This document shows, piece by piece, positions 57,221 to 64,000 of a stretch of DNA of 64,000 bases. The DNA is from Cyanidioschyzon merolae (Eukaryota). A program made the position numbers and the translations under genes. Numbering within the stretch: the first letter of the stretch is position 1; every line of letters begins with the position of its first letter. The notes under the pieces were generated by a model. That model saw only the letters and a program-made list of their open reading frames with translations, was not told where the DNA came from and did not search any database. The stretch lies in NCBI GenBank assembly GCA_000091205.1, contig AP006496.2. One strand, written 5' to 3'.

Positions 57221-58402
57221 TCACATTGACGGGCATTCGCTGGACCTTTGACTGTCCCGTAACCGATCACAGACACCACTGCACCCGCCCGGAGATTCAT
57301 TGGGCTCTACGCTAGCACCTGCAGGTGCATGCAACTTAGAGGTGTTCTCACGTTCCCGTCGTTCCTCGACCCGAATCAGGAAGAAGAGAAAGACTGCGCA
57401 GAGCCCGTCCGGAACATTGTTCGCCCAGACGCTGAAGGGAACCCCCAGCGCAGCCAAATACAAGCTATAGACAACGTCCGATATGAACGTGAAGAGAACC
57501 CACAACGTGGACAAACTTCCACGATGTCCGTAGGTGTAAGTGGTAATAATCTGGGGTATCCACATCACTGTACACAAAAGCGTCGCCAGGTAGCCGCACA
57601 CATCAGCGAACAGGACGGTGAGCCAGCCCGACCCAGTGTCGTAGCCGCCAATCAGACCGGCAGCAGGGACCGCCACCAGCACCACTACCAGCAAGAATAT
57701 CTTGAAAAAGAGCGCCGCATGTGCGGAATCGTCGAAATAATAGCGGTGGTGACGATAGTGCGCGTGCCGACGGTGCTCGCGCGGGACTGCATGCCACCAC
57801 TGCGGGTCGGGGGTCGCGTCGGCCTCGGGGTCGCTGGCCGAGTTCTCATCGGTGCTCAGCAGAGGCGTCGACGGCCCTGGACGCGGACTCGTCAACTTGG
57901 AGACGGTTTCCGTCCGTGGGCTCTTCCAGTGAGCGTCCGCTGGAGAGTCAGAGAACACGATGCCGGCTCGGATTCGCTGCAATTCGCGCGCCTCATCCAG
58001 TTTCTCGTAACGTAGGTACCAGAACCAGAGCAGGCTCACGAGCAGCCACGAACCAACGACCTGCACAAACGGCTGGATCTCAGTGAAGCACACCAGCCAA
58101 CCTCGGGTGCACGCTCGGAGCCATACTCCGCGGCTCTGCACGAGGTAGTCGATCATGGTCAGGTACGTGTACAGGGAGCCGAAAAAGATCGTCCACGCAG
58201 AAAGCCCTACAACACTCTTGCGTTGATATAACTCAATATGTTGCGGTATAAACTGCCCCAGTTGCACGAGTGTCACCAGCGCCGATGCCGCAGACGAGAC
58301 CCACGGGCGCACCGCACTCCAGGCTGCACCGCTCAACTCGTCCGTGCGCATAGTTCCCAGAACGACTGCCCAGGTCGGCGCGTTTGCCATTATCCGGGCC
58401 AT
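57221..58402 (-). CDS. PQ-loop repeat membrane transporter (LCT/cystinosin-like family).
   Basis: Two PQ motifs: QLGQFIPQHIELYQRK... and MWIPQIITTYTYGHRGSLS.... Multiple TM segments. Confidence 0.7.
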   Translation of the reverse strand: MARIMANAPTWAVVLGTMRTDELSGAAWSAVRPWVSSAASALVTLVQLGQFIPQHIELYQRKSVVGLSAWTIFFGSLYTYLTMIDYLVQSRGVWLRACTRGWLVCFTEIQPFVQVVGSWLLVSLLWFWYLRYEKLDEARELQRIRAGIVFSDSPADAHWKSPRTETVSKLTSPRPGPSTPLLSTDENSASDPEADATPDPQWWHAVPREHRRHAHYRHHRYYFDDSAHAALFFKIFLLVVVLVAVPAAGLIGGYDTGSGWLTVLFADVCGYLATLLCTVMWIPQIITTYTYGHRGSLSTLWVLFTFISDVVYSLYLAALGVPFSVWANNVPDGLCAVFLFFLIRVEERRERENTSKLHAPAGASVEPNESPGGCSGVCDRLRDSQRSSECPSM

Positions 58403-58617
58403 AGACAGGAATGGAAGGAAGCATGCAACCCGGTTCAGGTTTCCGCTGGCTCGCAGTATAACGCCGCAGTCCCTTGCTGGAGCAGCATGTCGGTTGACGT
58501 TGGATCGCCGGTGCGCAGCTGGCGCTGGAGTCGGGCAACGCGTTGCTGCTGCGGCTGCTGCAGTCGTTTCTGGTGCGGGCCTTGCGGTGCCTAGTTGCGC
58601 TCAGCGCGCTGCGGTGC

Positions 58618-58692
58618 TGAGTAGGAGGAGGAGTAGGAGGAGTAGGAGTAGGAGGAGGAGGAGTAGGAGGAGTAGGAGTAGGAGGATGCCGC
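58618..58692. repeat. (GGAGTAGGAGGA)n-type microsatellite.
   Basis: Direct reading. Confidence 0.9.
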
Positions 58693-60519
58693 ACGGGCCC
58701 GAGATCACTGCGTCAGTGTGATGCATCTGGGAACGGGAAACAGCGCAGACGGTTGGAGCAGGTGCTGGTGTTTCTGTCCGGCTGGGGTGTACTCGATGGG
58801 TCAAGTGTGCATCGGGTGCACAGCCGCTGCGTGCTTGTTTCTGATAGTGCGTGAAGGACACTGGGGATTTTGCTCGCGCCGATGCCCACTGCTATATATG
58901 GCAAAGCGTTCTGTCTCCGTGATGCATTGGTATCAGCGGCAGAGGCGCCGTTGCGGATGCAGCAGGACAAGCATTCGGCGAACGATAGAACGTATGAAGC
59001 GACCAGTATATCCGAGAAGAAGTTTGGGATATGCAACTTGGGAGCAGGGCGTAGAACGTTGGTTGCTTCACCGCGTGCCGATCATAAGCGCACAGGCGGG
59101 GAACGTGGGTCTGTGTTCAGGTTTTTTCCATGAAAAAGAGAACTGGATTATCTCGGCTGTGCATGCAGGTTGGGGATTGGGCTGGCACTGAGGGCGGCGG
59201 CGGCGGCGGCTTCTCGTGCATCTCGGGGCGTCGGAGTGCCAGAAGAGCATTTGTTCAGGCTCGAGCGTTGCCCAGGAGGATATACTGCAGCGATCGCGCA
59301 GCATCCGTGCCCGACTAGGATTCAGGTTCTGCCAAGCACCAAGTCCTGGTCGAAGAACGACCGACACCCGCGTGCCTCATCATTGTTCGGATCGTGCGAG
59401 CAACCCTTCGTTGTAGTGACGCGAGGCAGGGCGGCGCGAGACAGGCCCAGAGGGCAGTCTCGGGTTCCAGAAGGGCCACCCTCCGAAGACCATTCTCTGC
59501 AAAAGCCGCCACTTGACGTAACAGTCATTCGCATGCGTCCAGCGTTCGAGGCAGGCATTTGCGTCGCTCGGGGCGCGTACTCGATGCCGGTACGCTTCGC
59601 ATGCCGACGGATTCTCTAATGGCTGAGGTGCGGGTCATCGTTGGCAGATTCCAGTCCGTCGCCGAAGCCGAGAGTCGCTTGTCGTTTGCCTCATTCCGTG
59701 TCGAAAACGGGCGCCGAACCACATGTACCACAAGATGACGCCCAAGTCCAGTCGATTAGGCCAATGCCCCGGCACGATCACTACGGATACACCAACTGCA
59801 TTCATGTCATGCGTCTGGTGCCGCAGGCAGCAGGCACTAGCTACAAACGGGTCCTCGCCCGCATCCAGGGCTAGAGACTTGACGCCAAATGCTCGCGACG
59901 CCACGCGTTCCAGTTCCGTGCCTCTCATCCGATGGCACTTGGATGCACGCGCATCTGAGAATAGGGTAACGCTGAGTCGCAAACGGGTGTTCCGCAGCGG
60001 ATGCTGGGCTCCGTGGGAAACGCGTCGCACGTCCGACAGGGTCAGGAGCCTACGCAGACTCGACATCGCCTGGTGATCAGAGACCGCGACCTCGGATCGA
60101 TGTACAGAGCTCCGGAGCCGTTCACGTAACGAAAGACAAATCCTCCTCTCTTTGAGGCCATCAAAGAAAAGGCACTCCAAAGCGGATTGTCATCCATCCT
60201 GGGATATGATTGCAGAGGAACCCGTCTCTTCTGGTTGCATGGAAAAAGGTCAGGTGCACGGGCTTGCGTCATGGTAGCGATCGCGTCCGGTACATGGTGC
60301 CGCACCGCGTTGCGCGAATGGAGTAGAGACGGGTCGATATTTATCGACTCGTGCGTCAGTGTGGATTTTCCTCCCTGCACTTGTTTCATCATGAACAATA
60401 TCGTGCGCCACAAGTCCTCTATTGAATGGAACAGCGTGCGTTTGCGTGTCTAGCGGACAGATAACTTGGCCAGGGCATCGCCCAGAGCGAGCCCCTGATC
60501 GTAGGCGGAGGCATCAGGC

Positions 60520-60846
60520 ATGGAAACGGAGCAGGGCATCGATCGAAGCCTTCACCACCCGCCAGAGGCATGCACCGAGCGCTGGGGCAAGCGTTCACGC
60601 GCCACAGGGCGCGCCCCTCGATGGGGAAGCGGTATGTTGAATATCCAGCACCAACAGAACACAGTCGAGTGTGGGCGCTGCAAACAGCACATCGAGGCTG
60701 AATGCAAGGAAGATGAAAATCGGCAGCGAAGCGTTGATCGCAACGTGCGCGTGTGCATGTCGTGCGCGAACTACAGCTGGAAGCAGCGAAATCGGGACTT
60801 GAAAGCCACCATCACGATCCGTCGAGCGCCAAAAGCGTATCAGTAG
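60520..60846 (+). pseudogene. Isolated TnpB-superfamily C-terminal relic: CxxC...CxxC zinc finger plus RuvC-III. Same divergent family as 28725..29156.
   Basis: ECGRCKQHIEAECKEDENRQRSVDRNVRVCMSCANYSWKQRNRDLKATITIRRA follows the canonical C..C-x20-C..C-x8-RD.xA.I.I layout. Confidence 0.5.
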
Positions 60847-61028
60847 GACAAAGACAAAAGACTGGTTCATGGAAAACCGGAAATAAGAGATACGGACAGG
60901 AAGCAGACGCAGAAAACTAGCCCGTAAAGACCTACATTCACGACACTGGAACACCACCAAATTTTAGCGTGTGCGCCCGAGTCACAAAACCTGTTCCACT
61001 TTTTATTCTTACGCGGCTATAGCACTAT

Positions 61029-62522
61029 TCAGTTGGATTGCAACGGGGCCAGAACACCTCCGGAAAGGTGCCTGATGGCAGCGTACATCCCTACCAGCGC
61101 CCGAGCATATGGATGAAGGCCCTGCCTCGGCGGCGTCACGAGGAAGCGTTCGCGCCCAATGCCCAGCGTGCCCGCAAACCTGCTTATATACAAGTTCCAT
61201 ATCCATTCGAGGACACGCAGCGGTACGAACGCAGCATGAGCGATTTCATGCGACTCCAAGTTCCCATAACACGACACCAGCACGCCGTTCACCAGCAGCG
61301 TTCCCGCCTCCGTCAGCGGCGCATAGGCATCTGCGTGCCGCACGCGCGTCATCGACTCGATGCGCTCGAGGTGTCCGTTCGCGCTGCGCACGTACACGCC
61401 CGGGTGCAGGCGCCGGGCCAGTCGATACCCCCCAGCCCCCAGAGGTGCATCTGTAGCCCATATTAAATGATTTTCCGTGATCTCGAGCAGCTGCCTCGTC
61501 GTCGTGATGCGCAAATACGGAATTGCGCTACCGTGTGGGATACGATCTACGAAGCCGTAGACGCGAGTGGCTACTCGCCTGGGCGTCCCCGATGGGTGCT
61601 CACCCGCGCTCAGGGTCATGACTTGGTCTCCGACGCGAAGTTCGCGCATACGCACAGCGCTGCCGTCGGGGCGCTCGACCAGCGCATCACCCGGGAAACA
61701 GACAAATCCGGATCCACTCGAATACGAGGGCTGGAACGCACCCGCTGCCTTACCGCTGTGCGGCTGATACAGCGGAATTTCGGTTTGTACCGGATTTGGG
61801 GGACATTTCGAGTTTCCGTTGAACTCTCGACACTGGTTTTGAGTGTCATAGGCGATCGTCATGTTGATATTGGAAACAAATCGCAGGTCGAGAAGTGCGG
61901 TGCACTGTGGCGAGATGCCAACGAAACCTGCCTCCGGCAAGTCATAGCTCTCACCGGGATTCAGTGTGAATACAAAGCATATGACTCGACTATCCTGGCC
62001 TATGGCAGCAATTGGTAAACTCGCACTCGAGCCTGTCAACGCAGGGTACGGTCCCGCGGCGATGAAAGCGAGGTTGTCCTCCAGGTACGCGGGCCAGAAC
62101 GCATCACCGAGACAATACGTTGACCCCGGCTGCTGGAGAATGCCGCGGTTGAGAGCAACAGCACCGCTCTCGTTCGTCGGGTTTTCGAAGGTCCACATGA
62201 CAACGCCCTCGTTCTGGTTGAGCCACTTCCAGCTCACACGCAGCCCCTGGTCGCTCACACACTCCTGACCGTCTTCGAGCGGAGCCGGTGGCGGGCTTAC
62301 CGGAGACGGCGCCGGCGCTGATCTCCCAAGGGTTTCCAGCTCCGCGTCTACATTCAATACGAGCCGGCTTGCACAGCCCCGCCCGGTACGCCCTCGGCCA
62401 CTTTCGGGTTGCGTCGCCGCACCGAACACTTCACGACGAGTAACGACAGCACTACTGACGAGGCTGCTGAGGCTCAGAACCAGTACTATCGCCAGTACTA
62501 TTTGCGTACCGTTTCTAGTCAT
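61029..62522 (-). CDS. Secreted Hedgehog-type Hint (Hog) domain protein.
   Basis: N-terminal signal peptide. C-terminal Hint module CFPGDALVERPDGSAVRMRELRVGDQV...ITENHLIWA...YAPLTEAGTLLVNGVLVSCYGNLESHEIAHAAF. Confidence 0.75.
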   Translation of the reverse strand: MTRNGTQIVLAIVLVLSLSSLVSSAVVTRREVFGAATQPESGRGRTGRGCASRLVLNVDAELETLGRSAPAPSPVSPPPAPLEDGQECVSDQGLRVSWKWLNQNEGVVMWTFENPTNESGAVALNRGILQQPGSTYCLGDAFWPAYLEDNLAFIAAGPYPALTGSSASLPIAAIGQDSRVICFVFTLNPGESYDLPEAGFVGISPQCTALLDLRFVSNINMTIAYDTQNQCREFNGNSKCPPNPVQTEIPLYQPHSGKAAGAFQPSYSSGSGFVCFPGDALVERPDGSAVRMRELRVGDQVMTLSAGEHPSGTPRRVATRVYGFVDRIPHGSAIPYLRITTTRQLLEITENHLIWATDAPLGAGGYRLARRLHPGVYVRSANGHLERIESMTRVRHADAYAPLTEAGTLLVNGVLVSCYGNLESHEIAHAAFVPLRVLEWIWNLYISRFAGTLGIGRERFLVTPPRQGLHPYARALVGMYAAIRHLSGGVLAPLQSN

Positions 62523-64000
62523 GAAGTGAAAGAAGCCGCTGAGGCCCTAAAGTTACAATCCAATTTTTTGCCTACACGAGTGACACGTAGCCACAAGCTG
62601 TCGAGGCGACGGTCGAGAATCTGACGCGTGTCCATTGAGGAGAAAACTCTTCACGCGTGTGATGGCTAGTGCGCCGCCAGCCAGCGCGCTCGCCTGGCGT
62701 GGATGAAGCAGCGACATTTCATCATGTTCAGATTTTGTCCGAAGATGGTATACGGGTATATCGTGGAGTGCTGCTCGGATATGTATTTGCCGTTCTCGAT
62801 CAGAGAAGCGCCTGCAGTTTCTCAATGGGCGCTTCTACGATCCACAATGCCCATACTAGTCCAGTCCAGTCCAGTCCATTCTTTCTACGGCGAGTAGACG
62901 CCGGATCGATGTAGTGATTCAGCGGGTGCTCTCCTTTGGTGCAAGTTGTCCGAGTCTACCTGAGTTCCTCTGCAGGCGCGAATGCTATGTAACACGATAG
63001 AAGCGACCACCACTCGTCTCGACGCACCGCGACGTACACGTTACCCGCACCAGACTTGCTGTCTGCATCAATAATTGGAACTATCCAGGGGCTCGCAGGC
63101 ATCGGAGCCTGATATACTTGCCTACCGTATTCTCGGATCGTGCGCTGTTGCTGTTGATGCTGCCGCTGCAACGGTCTTCTGATACAGATACAACGGCTTT
63201 GGGGTGCTTCTCAGGGCGTCAGCTCGAGGCTCTTGTCCGTTGAAGTACGCACTCGCGTTTCGAGTCATGGAAGACGGCACTCTCGACGCCTGCTGCGCCA
63301 TCAGCGTGACTGCAGACTGCAAGCACGTTCGCTTCCATATGACGAGTTCGCTGAAGCGCTCTGCGGACGCGCACCCTGGAGCACGCTCTTCAAGTCGTTC
63401 ATCGGATCCTCGGTCTGCAGAGCGGAAACCGTTTTGCTTTGTCGTACTGGGGGCATGAGGCGAACACCACGCGGCCTTCGCGGCTGACACGCGTACCAGC
63501 ACTGCAGCTCGGGCAGCGACATATGCAGTACTGTTTCCGTCGACCAAATGGAATACGCCTGCCTTGATGCATCAGAAGCGTTCCAGGCGAGTGTTTCGAT
63601 CGAGTCTTGATGGTCTTGGCTCATAGCACCTACACTTTTGGAAAGCATGTCCGTGTGCCGAGCACCTTGAACCTTTACGAAAGTCTGGGACCGGGGTCGG
63701 GACCTCTGCCGTGCGGCTTCCGGGAGCGCCTGCCGTTTCCCTGGAACGCGTAATCGTTATAGCGCCTTGCTATGCGCTAGACAATCCCTCTTCAATAGAT
63801 CACAGAACAGCGGTCTCACACTTGTGTTTATGGTCTCTGCATGCCAGTATTCTCGTGGAATCGAAGCAAAATCAGAGGCCGTAAACGCATTGCTGCAGAC
63901 GCAGCGCTACGACTGGCCGGAGATACGTACAGCCTCGATGCAAGAACCAGTCCACGCGTCCAATCCGTACCGATCAAGAAGACATGAGAGCTGGTTCTAG

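Noticed and set aside
59635-60500. Upstream extension of the 60.5-kb TnpB relic (WETRRTS at about 60.0 kb as RuvC-II)
   Set aside because: The spacing to the zinc finger is about 260 aa, far larger than in TnpB/Fanzor, and the similarity is a single short motif. Too weak to call.

Overview
The window is GC-rich nuclear DNA from a eukaryote. The evidence is a spliceosomal GTAAGT...AG intron in the PEPCK gene, signal and transit peptides, and trinucleotide microsatellites in and between genes. The organism is probably photosynthetic, because the window holds a PsbP-domain protein with a twin-arginine lumenal signal and a ClpS-like adaptor. Housekeeping genes are dense and intron-poor. They include a roughly 3,500-aa SANT-domain giant ORF, an AVL9/DENN protein, ClpS, thioredoxin, an NmrA/CCR-like reductase, ATP-PEPCK with one 74-nt intron, a Na+/H+ exchanger, a twin-Cx9C protein, glucosidase II beta, a PsbP-like protein, Mic10, a G-patch protein, an ABCG half-transporter, a PQ-loop transporter and a Hedgehog-type Hint-domain protein. 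The main finding is an accessory island at about 16.7-30 kb, plus a truncated copy at the window start, built from a roughly 2.7-2.9 kb repeated element. This element encodes a roughly 700-aa TnpB/Fanzor-like RuvC nuclease, with RuvC-I GADPG, RuvC-II VDEFRTS plus a zinc finger, and RuvC-III NRDFNAAINI. There are three copies. Copy A is on the minus strand at 16.79-19.69 kb, copy B is on the plus strand at 25.57-28.25 kb, and the two sit head-to-head. Copy C is only the 3' end, at 1-535. A and B are disabled by different frameshift and nonsense lesions, so their consensus is an intact ORF. All copies share a conserved 3' tail that overlaps the ORF end and runs about 65 nt past the stop, a candidate omegaRNA/fRNA scaffold. 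They also share a 5' end with a TATA box and a short basic uORF whose stop overlaps the main ATG (TGATG). Two relics of a second, divergent TnpB-like family, retaining CxxC...CxxC plus RuvC-III, lie at 28.7-29.2 kb and 60.5-60.85 kb. The window also contains several satellites, minisatellites and in-frame coding tandem repeats.
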